DNA of 63,937 nt, counting the filler, from an uncultured bacterium (GTDB lineage Bacteria > Latescibacterota > UBA2968): the NCBI GenBank assembly GCA_964471275.1. It is 12 parts of 12 records of this genome, joined end to end, with 100 filler letters (N's around TTAATTAATTAA, not from the genome) between each part and the next. Parts side by side here need not be neighbours in the genome. Positions count along the whole stretch, not along the records: positions 27,799 to 33,185 come from CAYYGZ010000285.1; positions 33,286 to 38,661 come from CAYYGZ010000286.1; positions 38,762 to 44,129 come from CAYYGZ010000287.1; 9 more parts are not named here. One strand, given 5' to 3'. The notes under the pieces are model-generated. The model searched no databases. It was not told the DNA's origin and saw nothing but the letters and a program-made list of their open reading frames with translations. The position numbers and the translations under genes are program-made. Shown here in pieces: positions 31,474-40,889 of the stretch; the stretch's first letter is position 1, and each line of letters begins with the position of its first letter.

Positions 31474-32652
31474 CTAGTTGAAATCCGCTGGTGAGGTGAG
31501 TTGATCGAGCAATGCCCTGCGCACCCAATCTAGTCCCTGCGTCGTCAACCAGCGACGAATGTGGTCGCTGTCCTGGTAGTTTCGGCTCTTCTCGAGCAGT
31601 CTTGACTCACCTGGTCCGTGGACGGCCATGTAGGTTCGGTCGTCATCAAACGATCCAACCATTGCGAGTCCGAGTCCGGTCTCGCTCGCCGCTCTTTCGG
31701 CGTAAGCTTTGGCCGACGCCTCACCGGATCCGCTCCCGTTGACCTCGATTTCGACAAGCTGTTCGGAGAACCCGTTTTCAGCCATGTCGCGAGCCAGCTG
31801 CCCCTGCGTCAGCGTATCGACTACGCCCAGTTTCAGGTTCCTCGCCTGGAGAAGCCTGCCGACCACTTCCGCAACAGTTTCTTTCGCTTCACCGTAGATG
31901 GCCACACCGAGCCGCTCGCGAAGGGTCGATTCCATCTCGGCGATTTGGGCTTCGACTTCCTCTTCTGTATCAGCTTTTGCCGTGATCCGGATATCGGTCT
32001 GGCCGATGTGTGCGGCTAGACCCACTGTCGGACTCGCAGATACCATCAGATCGCCGATAATGCGGTCCACATTGCTTTCACCGACAGCGCAGGTTCGCAG
32101 CACTTTAACACGGGTGACCTTGATGCCTCCCATTCGCTCGATCAAGATCGGTTTGACGCTGTGCTCGACCAGGTATTCGAGTTCACGAGGCACCCCGGGA
32201 AGTACGATTACACATCCGCGACCGGATATATCTTCGCTCAGGAAACACGGTGCCGTCCCGACGGGATTCTCGATTGGTGTCGCGCCTTCAGGCAGGTAAG
32301 CCTGACGCTTGTTGTTGCCCGCCATCTTGCGCCCAAAGCTCCTGAAACGCGCGGCGATCTGTCTTTCGAGGTCGTTACTGTAGACCAGGTTCCGCCCAGT
32401 CGCCGCTGCGACAGCCTGCCGAGTGATGTCGTCGACCGTCGGACCCACACCACCGGAAGTGATTATGACGTCCGATCGATCAAGCGCGAGATTGAGGACA
32501 TCGACGATGCGTCGTTCGTTATCTCCGACAGTCGTCTTGTAGTAGAGATCCGTCCCGATGTTGCGCAACGCTAGGGCGAGCCTGTTGGCATTTGTGTCGA
32601 CGATTTCTCCGAGCAAGAGCTCGGTTCCAATCATAACGAGTTCTGCGTGCAT
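31474..32652 (-). CDS. cinA: CinA-family protein (COG1058 domain plus degenerate C-terminal domain)
   Basis: IGTELLLGEIVDTN, VGDN, SGGVGPTVDDIT, NPVGTAP and LPGVPRE motifs. Confidence 0.88.
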   Translation of the reverse strand: MHAELVMIGTELLLGEIVDTNANRLALALRNIGTDLYYKTTVGDNERRIVDVLNLALDRSDVIITSGGVGPTVDDITRQAVAAATGRNLVYSNDLERQIAARFRSFGRKMAGNNKRQAYLPEGATPIENPVGTAPCFLSEDISGRGCVIVLPGVPRELEYLVEHSVKPILIERMGGIKVTRVKVLRTCAVGESNVDRIIGDLMVSASPTVGLAAHIGQTDIRITAKADTEEEVEAQIAEMESTLRERLGVAIYGEAKETVAEVVGRLLQARNLKLGVVDTLTQGQLARDMAENGFSEQLVEIEVNGSGSGEASAKAYAERAASETGLGLAMVGSFDDDRTYMAVHGPGESRLLEKSRNYQDSDHIRRWLTTQGLDWVRRALLDQLTSPADFN

Positions 32653-32701
32653 GGCGATCCGGTCTGATCACGACCCTTTGGGTCGGGGAGGGTGAGTTCT
32701 G

Positions 32702-33185
32702 CTAGGACCAATGCTCAATGATGCCGCCGCCGCTCGCAAGAACTGGGTCGATCGGGGGCAGGGGCACGCGCTTAATGCTCTGGAGGCACCCGGTTCGGTC
32801 ACCCGACTCTCCCCGGCATAAATCCCAATCTGCGCAATCCGACGGGTAGGCACCGATCACGAGCAGGTTGTCCGATGACCCAAGATTCTGGTGACCCGTT
32901 CCGGCCGGCAGCAGCGCGACGTCACCCGCCTCTATCTCAAAGACACCACCCACTTCACCTCCAAGCCGGAGGGTCGCCGACCCGGACGCAATCCCCAGCA
33001 CCTCGTGTGTGTTGCTGTGATAGTGCGGAAACGAGTATATGCCGTTTCGCCAGGCGTTTGCCCATCCGTTGGTCTGGAAGACGTTCTCGATCTCGGCTGC
33101 ACGATCGCCCGTGACATCGGCAAAGGCGCCCTTGTAGATGATCATCGGCCACGTCGGATGATTGGGGATGCTGCCGTCATCCGCG
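32702..33185 (-). CDS. Cupin domain protein (YjlB-like; 5' truncated)
   Basis: HYHSNTHEVLG, GDVALLPAGTGH and VIGAYP motifs. Confidence 0.85.
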
Positions 33186-33317
33186 NNNNNNNNNNNNNNN
33201 NNNNNNNNNNNNNNNNNNNNNNNNNNNNNTTAATTAATTAANNNNNNNNNNNNNNNNNNNNNNNNNNNNNNNNNNNNNNNNNNNNCATCAACAAATGGGT
33301 TCGACAATGATTGCTCC

Positions 33318-34058
33318 TCAACGCTTCTGGCCGATGTAGATCGACGCAATACCAAAGGTCAGTTTGACCTGTTTGATCGACGAAAACCCCGCCGTAACCA
33401 GGTGTTCGCAGAAGGTAGCGCCTTCCGGGAAACGCATTACCGACTCATACAGATACGTGTATGCTTGCGGATCGCGGGAGACTATTCTGCCGATCGACGG
33501 AAGAATACGTTTGAAATACAGAAAATAGAGAGCACGCACAATCGGCGTAGCAGGCTTCGAAAACTCAAGAATTACCACCCGCCCGCCCAACTTCATCACG
33601 CGGCCGATCTCGCTCAGCCCCTGGGGAAGATCAGCGACATTCCGGATACCAAACCCGATCGTGACGCCATCGAATGATCCGTCCGGGAACGGCAGATCTT
33701 CCGCATCGCCGGCGAGAAAGGCCAGCCGGGAACCCTTGGAGTCCTCCTTCGCGATACCGTGACGCAGCATACCAACTGAAACGTCGACACCAATCACCCC
33801 AACGGTCTCATCGCGGCCAGCCGCCTCAAAACCCAGATCACCCGTACCTGTCGCCAGATCGAGCACCTTCCATCCGGGCCTCGGATCCAGAAGGTCGATC
33901 GTCCTGCGACGCCAGACAACATCGATACCCGCGCTCAACAGATGGTTCAGGAGATCGTATGTGCCGGCGATCCCATCAAACATGCCGCGAACGAACTTCC
34001 GTTTCTGCACAGGGTCCGTGAGAACGGTCTCATCCATCGGACACGGATCGCTCGACAT
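33318..34058 (-). CDS. ubiE: Demethylmenaquinone/ubiquinone methyltransferase (UbiE/MenG)
   Basis: MFDGIAGTYDLLNHLLS, LDLATGTGD, IGFGIRNV and ILEFSKP motifs. Confidence 0.93.
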   Translation of the reverse strand: MSSDPCPMDETVLTDPVQKRKFVRGMFDGIAGTYDLLNHLLSAGIDVVWRRRTIDLLDPRPGWKVLDLATGTGDLGFEAAGRDETVGVIGVDVSVGMLRHGIAKEDSKGSRLAFLAGDAEDLPFPDGSFDGVTIGFGIRNVADLPQGLSEIGRVMKLGGRVVILEFSKPATPIVRALYFLYFKRILPSIGRIVSRDPQAYTYLYESVMRFPEGATFCEHLVTAGFSSIKQVKLTFGIASIYIGQKR

Positions 34059-34079
34059 TCGCTACGGGTATACGCGCAT

Positions 34080-34943
34080 TCACGTGAAACGGCCAACGAC
34101 AGCTTGTTTCATCACATCTGTAGGAGGCTTGATCCCCGTCCATATCTCGAATGACCGGGCGCCCTGGTAGACCAGCATGTCGAGTCCCCCAAACGCTGGC
34201 GCCCCGTTGGCCCTGAACTGACGCATCAACTGGGTCTCCAATGGATTGAAGACTGTGTCATACAACACGAGGTCCGGCCGGACCGACGCTTCATCCAGCA
34301 GGGAGCTCGCATCGGGATTCGGATACATGCCGAGAGACGTCGTGTTTACAACCAGACCCGCGTCGTCAAAGGCACGCTTCTCGGAGGCCTGACAGAGCGC
34401 GTCGGGGATGATCTCCTTGCCCGTGATCTTCTCCATATCCGTGGCCAGTGATTCCGCCCGTGCGACGGTTCGGTTGAGGATTGTCACCCGCTTCACCTCG
34501 TCACGACGACCGAGCGCATACGTCACGGCTCGAGCCGCTCCACCTGCCCCCAGCACAACACAAGAGTCGGGAAACTTCGTGATCCCGGCAATCCGCTCGA
34601 TCGCCGTTATGACCCCATACACATCGGTATTGTGTCCCGTGAGGTTCCCGTCTTCATTGTGAATCGTGTTGACGGCCCCGACCGCAAGCGCCTCTTCCGA
34701 GATCTGATCTACGTGCTCCATCACCGCCAGCTTGTGTGGGATCGTCACATTTAATCCCAGCATCTCGAACCCTCTGAGACCGTTGACAGCTTCACCTACC
34801 CGGCCGGATGAGACGTGGAACGCCACATAGCAGAAATCGATACCCAGTGCATCGATGGCCGCGTTATGCATGTCCGGTGAAAAGGAATGCCCGATCGGAT
34901 CCCCGATCACCCCCAGCACCTGGCTGCTCGCTCGAATGTTCAC
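34080..34943 (-). CDS. aroE: Shikimate dehydrogenase
   Basis: GHSFSPDMHN, NVTIPHK, GAVNT, NTD, GAGGAARA and MLVYQG motifs. Confidence 0.95.
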   Translation of the reverse strand: MNIRASSQVLGVIGDPIGHSFSPDMHNAAIDALGIDFCYVAFHVSSGRVGEAVNGLRGFEMLGLNVTIPHKLAVMEHVDQISEEALAVGAVNTIHNEDGNLTGHNTDVYGVITAIERIAGITKFPDSCVVLGAGGAARAVTYALGRRDEVKRVTILNRTVARAESLATDMEKITGKEIIPDALCQASEKRAFDDAGLVVNTTSLGMYPNPDASSLLDEASVRPDLVLYDTVFNPLETQLMRQFRANGAPAFGGLDMLVYQGARSFEIWTGIKPPTDVMKQAVVGRFT

Positions 34944-35028
34944 GTGTATTCTTCCTGAAAGTGGTCCTTTGACAGGTCAGCACATCTCTGTGGATAGGAC
35001 CTCCAACCACGCCCCTGCTCTGCTCTAC

Positions 35029-35169
35029 CTACCCAAGCACATCTTCCAAGAACTGGTCTGCGATATCGAAACTCTCACGCCACGAGCATCCGTATGCATA
35101 CCGGATGAATGCCACACCGCCGAGAATGCAGAACATCAGCATCAGCGTAAGTTTGAATAGGACTTTCAT
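35029..35169 (-). CDS. Small 46-aa membrane protein (below the ORF-track cutoff)
   Basis: Manual translation MKVLFKLTLMLMFCILGGVAFIRYAYGCSWRESFDIADQFLEDVLG*; GGAG upstream; starts 2 nt after the aroA-like stop. Confidence 0.6.
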   Translation of the reverse strand: MKVLFKLTLMLMFCILGGVAFIRYAYGCSWRESFDIADQFLEDVLG

Positions 35170-35171
35170 CT

Positions 35172-36494
35172 CTATCTCCCGGTTACGGTGACAGAATCGA
35201 TCCTGGACAATACACCAGGATAGGTCTCTTCAATCGGACCCGGATTTATCACTTTTGTTTCACCTTCTGCGGCGAGGCCAGCAATCGTGAACGCCATACC
35301 GACCCTTGGATCGCCTCCCGCATCAACTTCGGAGCCCTGGAGCGCATTGACGCCCTGGATAACCATGCCGTCGGGCATCTCACCGACGCGAACCCCCATG
35401 GCCCTCAATCCCTCCACGACCAGCCCGACCACGTCGGTGTCGCCCTCCCGGAGAGATGCCACATCTCTGATTACGGTCTCGCCGAGCGCGCACGCTCCGA
35501 TCACGGCGAAGGTCGGCACCTCGTTCAGGAACAAGGCCGCATACTCGTCAGCAATCTTGATGCGACGTAGATCGCCCGAGACCACCTTCAGGCAACGCGT
35601 GCTGAAGCCGGAGTCGGTCCGTGTCTTGTCAATCTCAATCTTCAGGTCAAGACGTCTCAGCAAATCAATCAGTCGGCGTGTCCGCCAATCGCTGCCCGCG
35701 TGCAGGACTTCGACTTCGGACCCGGGACGAACGGCCGCCGCCGCGAGAATAAAGAGCGTTCCCGTTGCATCGCCGGGTAACTCGTGATCACGAGCGGTCA
35801 ACTCCTGGGGCCCGTGAAACGTGATCCGGTAACCATCAGCATCCTCGATACGAGCCTTCTCCAACCGTCCCTTAGATCGGCGAAACAGCACCTCCAGATC
35901 ATCCTCACCTGCAAGTCCCTGCTGTAGCTCGTACTGACCTTCCTGGCTCAGGGCACCGAGAAAAAGGGCAGTCTTAACGTTCGAGTCAGGTTGTCCCAGT
36001 TGATAGATACCGGGCTTGGGCGCCACCTTCCCGAAATCAGCGGGAAACGGGCCCTCCTCGCCGTGCCGGACGACGGCATCGAAAGCGTTCAACGCATCGA
36101 CGATCCGGCTCGCATCCGGCTTGAAAGACTCCGCACCGGTCAACACGACCGAGCGTCCTACAGATAGGCCTGCCAGCGAGGCATAGCTCGCGATTGATGA
36201 TGTGATCACTTCACCATCAGGCGTCTTTGCCTCTCCCCGCGTGATTCGTGCGGTTTCATCCTCGAACACAGTCTCAGCGCCAAAGGATTTGAGCTGCTCC
36301 GCAAACTGCCGAACGACAGGTGTGGTTGCGCAGCGGTTCAGCGTTGTCTCTCCCTCGGTCAGGGCCGCTAAGGCCAGAGCCTGAATCGAGATCGACTCAC
36401 TTCCGGTTGTATCGACAGCGCCTTCCAGTCGACGTATCCGCTCAACCAACGCGACGCTGGATTGATTCTGCTCTTCGACTTCCACATCTGCCAT
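35172..36494 (-). CDS. EPSP synthase (AroA)-like protein with a degenerate active site
   Basis: Length, motif order (EGETTL, LPGD, A.GETVIRD..LR, GLRAMGV..E.PDGMVIQG, GDPRVGMAF) and operon position match AroA, but catalytic motifs are altered. Confidence 0.8.
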   Translation of the reverse strand: MADVEVEEQNQSSVALVERIRRLEGAVDTTGSESISIQALALAALTEGETTLNRCATTPVVRQFAEQLKSFGAETVFEDETARITRGEAKTPDGEVITSSIASYASLAGLSVGRSVVLTGAESFKPDASRIVDALNAFDAVVRHGEEGPFPADFGKVAPKPGIYQLGQPDSNVKTALFLGALSQEGQYELQQGLAGEDDLEVLFRRSKGRLEKARIEDADGYRITFHGPQELTARDHELPGDATGTLFILAAAAVRPGSEVEVLHAGSDWRTRRLIDLLRRLDLKIEIDKTRTDSGFSTRCLKVVSGDLRRIKIADEYAALFLNEVPTFAVIGACALGETVIRDVASLREGDTDVVGLVVEGLRAMGVRVGEMPDGMVIQGVNALQGSEVDAGGDPRVGMAFTIAGLAAEGETKVINPGPIEETYPGVLSRIDSVTVTGR

Positions 36495-36501
36495 TAGTAA
36501 G

Positions 36502-37611
36502 CTACCTCGATAAGACCGTGTAACCCAGCGCGGTCATGATCTGACCGGCGCGCTCCTTTTCATCAGACGCCCCGAAACCCAACCGGAGCGACCCTCCCTC
36601 CCCTTCTCTCACCTTCAGGACCTCGATGTCCTTGATGTTGATACCGGCATCGGACAACGATGTAGCCACCTCAGCGATCACACCGGGCTTGTCCTCCACC
36701 ACTAGCATTAATTCGTGCAGCGGATAAAGGAAGCCCTTTGAATCCCTCGGGATCCGGTCACGGACCTCGTTCGCGTAGGAAAAATCGTCCGCGAGCGCCT
36801 CGTCTTCGATCCGTCCCCTAAGAACCGTCAGGACTGAAATATACGCGTCGATCGTCTCGCGTATAGGAGTCGCATTCGTACGACAGATATCCCGCCACAT
36901 CTCGTAGGGACTGGACGCGATGCGCGTCATATCGCGGAACCCGCCCGCAGCGAGCTTCAGCGACAGACCGTCCTTCTCGTTCAGACCACCCACCAGACCG
37001 ACCAGCGCGGTCGCCATCATCTGTGGCAGGTGACTGATCGCGGCTGCAACACGATCGTGCTTTTCCGGCTCCATCTGAACGACGTGGGCACCAATCCGTG
37101 ATGTCACAGCGGCCAGACGATCGATCAGGCTCGGGTCACACCCCGGTGACGGGGTCAACACATAGATGGCATTCTGGAAAAGGAAGGGATCGGCTGCATC
37201 AACCCCTTTCCACTCAGATCCAGCCATGGGATGACCACCGATGAAGGCGATATCTGACCGACCGGCCTCGTGCGCCGTGTCCACAACTGCTCGTTTCGTG
37301 CTCCCCACATCCGTAACGATGCAGCCGGGCTTCGCGGTTGCGAGACACCGAGGAAGCAGCTCCAGGATACGCGAAATCGGTGTACACAAGAAGATGAAAT
37401 TCGCGTCCTGAATCCCTGATTCCAGATCTTCGTAGACAAATCCGGTATCGATCGCGCCTTGCTCGACTGCGCGTTCTAGGGTCTCCGATCGGCTGATCCC
37501 GACGATCCGGTTCCCGATACCAACACGCTTGAAAGCCAATCCCAACGAGCCGCCGATCAAACCGACACCTACAATCGCGATCGTATCGTTCTTAAACTCG
37601 GGCTTACCCAT
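36502..37611 (-). CDS. tyrA: Prephenate/arogenate dehydrogenase with C-terminal ACT domain
   Basis: GVGLIGGS, TDVGSTK, GGHPMAGSE, HDR..AAISHLP, GFRDMTRIA and EDKPGVIA motifs. Confidence 0.94.
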   Translation of the reverse strand: MGKPEFKNDTIAIVGVGLIGGSLGLAFKRVGIGNRIVGISRSETLERAVEQGAIDTGFVYEDLESGIQDANFIFLCTPISRILELLPRCLATAKPGCIVTDVGSTKRAVVDTAHEAGRSDIAFIGGHPMAGSEWKGVDAADPFLFQNAIYVLTPSPGCDPSLIDRLAAVTSRIGAHVVQMEPEKHDRVAAAISHLPQMMATALVGLVGGLNEKDGLSLKLAAGGFRDMTRIASSPYEMWRDICRTNATPIRETIDAYISVLTVLRGRIEDEALADDFSYANEVRDRIPRDSKGFLYPLHELMLVVEDKPGVIAEVATSLSDAGINIKDIEVLKVREGEGGSLRLGFGASDEKERAGQIMTALGYTVLSR

Positions 37612-37650
37612 AGAATCAGCTCTGTGTGGATTTGCTCATTGCCTGTGAGG

Positions 37651-38661
37651 CTAGACGCGCTCGGCGAGGTCCTTTACGAATCGCTCCGAGTCCACCCACC
37701 CCAGACAGGGATCGGTGATCGACTTCCCATACACACCGTCTTCCACTTTCTGACTGCCTTCAACCAGGTAGCTTTCCACCATCAGGCCGCGAACGGTATC
37801 ACGAATCACGTCGGAATTCTGCCGGCTGCGCATAACCTCCAGACCGATTCTGGGCTGCTCTGCGAACTGCTTGTTCGAGTTGTTGTGGTTAGCGTCGACC
37901 AGGATCGAGGGATTCACCAGACCCCGTCCGGTGTACGCCTCTGCGATATGGTGCAGATCCTCGTAGTGGTAATTCGTGAAACTCCTCCCCGATGTATCCT
38001 GATATCCCCGGAGAATCGCGTGAGCCAGCGGGTTCCCTTCAGTACGGGCGATCCAGCGGTTATACGTAAACTCGTGAGGGATCTGGGCTGCCCGGATCGC
38101 GTTCAGCATCACACTGATGTCCCCGCCAGTCGGGTTCTTCATGCCCGCCGGGACGTCCAGCCCGCTAATCGTCAACCGGTGTTCCTGGTTTTCGACGGAT
38201 CTTGCCCCCACTGCGACATAGCTGAGGACATCCTCAAGATACGGGAAGTTCCCAGGATAGAGCATCTCGTCGGCCGCAGTCAGCCCGGATTCACAGAACA
38301 CACGAATGTGCATCTTCCGGATCGCGACGATCCCTTCGACCAGATCGGGCTCCTTCTCCGGGTCTGGCTGATGGGCCATGCCCTTGTAGCCTTCACCCGT
38401 CGTGCGCGGCTTGTTCGTGTAGACTCGGGGACAGAGGATGAGTTTGTCCGTCACCTCGTCCTGTAGCTTCGCCAGACGTCCTACATACTCACAGACTGCA
38501 TCCTCGTTATGAGCCGAGCAAGGTCCAATGATCAGAAGCATCTTGTTGGATTTCCTCAGGAATATATTCCTGATCTCGGCATCACGGTGTGACTTGATTT
38601 CTTGCATTTTCGCAGTAACGGGATGCATTTCTCGAATGGTTTCAGGGAGTGGAATTTCTCC
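37651..38661 (-). CDS. aroF: DAHP synthase class I-alpha (5' truncated)
   Basis: IIGPCS, KPRTT, VGARS, GMKN, ILRG, DANH and KSITDPC motifs. Confidence 0.92.
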   Translation of the reverse strand, partial: GEIPLPETIREMHPVTAKMQEIKSHRDAEIRNIFLRKSNKMLLIIGPCSAHNEDAVCEYVGRLAKLQDEVTDKLILCPRVYTNKPRTTGEGYKGMAHQPDPEKEPDLVEGIVAIRKMHIRVFCESGLTAADEMLYPGNFPYLEDVLSYVAVGARSVENQEHRLTISGLDVPAGMKNPTGGDISVMLNAIRAAQIPHEFTYNRWIARTEGNPLAHAILRGYQDTSGRSFTNYHYEDLHHIAEAYTGRGLVNPSILVDANHNNSNKQFAEQPRIGLEVMRSRQNSDVIRDTVRGLMVESYLVEGSQKVEDGVYGKSITDPCLGWVDSERFVKDLAERV

Positions 38662-38875
38662 NNNNNNNNNNNNNNNNNNNNNNNNNNNNNNNNNNNNNNN
38701 NNNNNTTAATTAATTAANNNNNNNNNNNNNNNNNNNNNNNNNNNNNNNNNNNNNNNNNNNNGTGAGCAAGAGAGTCGCCGCTTGGCGCGGTGCCTGCTAG
38801 ATCACTTCGCGAGGCCACGCCGTGCGGTTCGATAAGTCAGGTTGTTCCTTCAGGCCTTGTCAGTTTCTCCGAACT

Positions 38876-38919
38876 CCGACGGGACTCACCTCGGCTTCGC
38901 TCGGTGCAGGCTCGGTCGG
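38876..38919. repeat. Intergenic nested palindrome (REP-like)
   Basis: CCGAC..GTCGG outer arms enclosing CACC-TCGGCTTCGCTC-GGTG. Confidence 0.45.
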
Positions 38920-39097
38920 CCCGAAGTGATGCTGTTTGACGGCCAGCACAGCCGTCTCGGTAGGTTGCCGCATCAAGAGAAGCACAGCACGGCCTGTTGC
39001 CCACAGCCAAGAGCGATTGGTCCCCAACCTTCTTCGCTTTGCGAGTGAAGGTGGTCGGGAGAACGACAAGAAGACTAGAGAAGGCCAACGGTGGTGG

Positions 39098-39170
39098 GAG
39101 CCCGAAGGGCGTGGCGAAGTTAGCCCGGGGTGCACGCCGGAGCGATAGCGAAGGCGAAACCCCGGGCTAA
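39098..39170. repeat. REP-like nested palindrome related to the core of the 319-bp repeats
   Basis: GCCC-GAA-GGGC hairpin, then a perfect 12-bp inverted repeat TTAGCCCGGGGT/ACCCCGGGCTAA enclosing CGCC..GGCG. Confidence 0.7.
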
Positions 39171-39827
39171 CCGCGAGCCAAAGAAGGTGGCGCCGCGATA
39201 CGGTTTCACGGGATTCGGGGTGATGATCTACGTCCCCCGACCGCGGACGAGCTGCCCAAACTCCGTTATCTGTCTTACGGGACATCGATCACGCACGGTG
39301 CGGCGGCAACGGCCAGTCATCTCACATATGTCGCTCAGACCGCCTGGCGGCTCAAGGCGGATCTGATCAATCTCGGTGTCGGCGGCTCCGCCTGGTGTGA
39401 GCCGGAAATCGCGGATCACATCGCTGAGCGTGACGATTGGGATATTGCGACGCTTGCCCTCTCCGTGAACATGATCAGTGGCGGGTTCAGCGACGAAGCG
39501 TTCCGGGAGCGCGTGACGTATATGGTCGATCGCGTTGCCGGATCGAACCTTGACCGCCCGGTTGTGTGCATCACGCTGTATCCCCATTTCAGAGATTTCG
39601 GAGGTGAGGCGGAAGCTACAGCGAAGAGTGCACGCTTCAGGGACATCCTGCGCGCAGTCGTGTCGGAGTCGAATCACCCAAACGTCAAATTGATCGAGGG
39701 GCCGGAGATTCTCGCCGATCTGGGTGGACTCACCGTCGATCTGCTTCACCCGGGTGATCTGGGCATGATCCAGATGGGTGAGCGTCTCGCACACCGTCTG
39801 GCCACACTACTGGTGAACCGATCGTGA
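39171..39827 (+). pseudogene. SGNH/GDSL hydrolase lacking its N-terminus
   Basis: Frame reads RYLSYGTSITHG..INLGVGGSA..SVNM..DLLHPGD and is bounded upstream by TAA 39168-39170 with no start codon before block I. Confidence 0.7.
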
Positions 39828-40804
39828 ACGTACCCCCGAGAGACCACATCAGAATCGACCCCACGGTGTTGAAGCAATTCGTCGAAGATGCTGCAACGCA
39901 AGTCGGGCTGCCACCCGAGAAGGCTGCTCTTCTGGCGGGATGGCTAACGGATAACGATCTCCGGGGCGTGTTCAGCCACGGGACACAGCAGATCGCGACC
40001 TACGCACGGCTTATGCGAGACGGGGTGCTGAACAAAGATCCAAACGTGCATCTGGTGAAGGAAACGCCTGTCAGCGTCCTGATGGATGGTGACGGTGGTC
40101 TGGGGTATTTTCCTGCCTATGAGGGGACGCAGATGGTGGTGGAGAAGGCCAAGGAAGTCGGGATTGCCGTAATGGTGAGCCGGAATCACGGTCACTTTGG
40201 CGCGGCGGGGATCTACTCGCGACTCGGGCTGGGTCACGATCTGCTGATGTATGTGACATCGGGTCACCAGATGGGCCTGAAGGACGGGGCGCCGATTTAC
40301 AGTGCAGGCGGTGGATCACCGATGTCGTTTCTCACACCGACATCCGAGGAAGATCCACTCATCCTGGATTTTGGGGCCATGCACGATCTCTACGGCAACT
40401 CCAAGCACCGGGAAACGATCGCAGAGATCGCTCCTGCAGTCGTGTTCAGGTCGATCGGTCTTGGGGCAATCTGCCAGTCGTGGGGAGGTCTGCTTTCGGG
40501 GCTGGGTTTCGAGGCCGAGAGGTCACCGTGGGCATACGAGGGAGCCAACCAGGGCGCTTTCGTGATGGCACTGAAGATCGATCTGTTTACGGATCCGAAC
40601 CGGCTCAAGGCGGAGATGGATGTCTACGCCAGGAAGGTCCGCGACCTTGCGCCGTTGATCGGTTTTGACGAGGCGCTGCTGCCCGGTGCTGTCGAGGCCA
40701 GAAGATTTCGTGAATACACAGACGAGGGGATCCCTTTTGGGGAGCGACATCGTGAGCGTCTCGAATCCCTTGCGGATGAGTTCGGGATCGGGGTCCCGTG
40801 GTAG
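39824..40804 (+). CDS. Ldh_2 family oxidoreductase
   Basis: NDLRGVFSHG, MDGDGGLG, NHGHFGAAG and LPGAVE motifs. Confidence 0.88.
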   Translation: MNVPPRDHIRIDPTVLKQFVEDAATQVGLPPEKAALLAGWLTDNDLRGVFSHGTQQIATYARLMRDGVLNKDPNVHLVKETPVSVLMDGDGGLGYFPAYEGTQMVVEKAKEVGIAVMVSRNHGHFGAAGIYSRLGLGHDLLMYVTSGHQMGLKDGAPIYSAGGGSPMSFLTPTSEEDPLILDFGAMHDLYGNSKHRETIAEIAPAVVFRSIGLGAICQSWGGLLSGLGFEAERSPWAYEGANQGAFVMALKIDLFTDPNRLKAEMDVYARKVRDLAPLIGFDEALLPGAVEARRFREYTDEGIPFGERHRERLESLADEFGIGVPW

Positions 40805-40889
40805 GCCGTTACCTTGACTTGACCCTCCGTGATGAGTACCTTCCGCGCGGTTTTTCCCCTGCTTTTCTGACCCAATAAGGAATTCGAGA

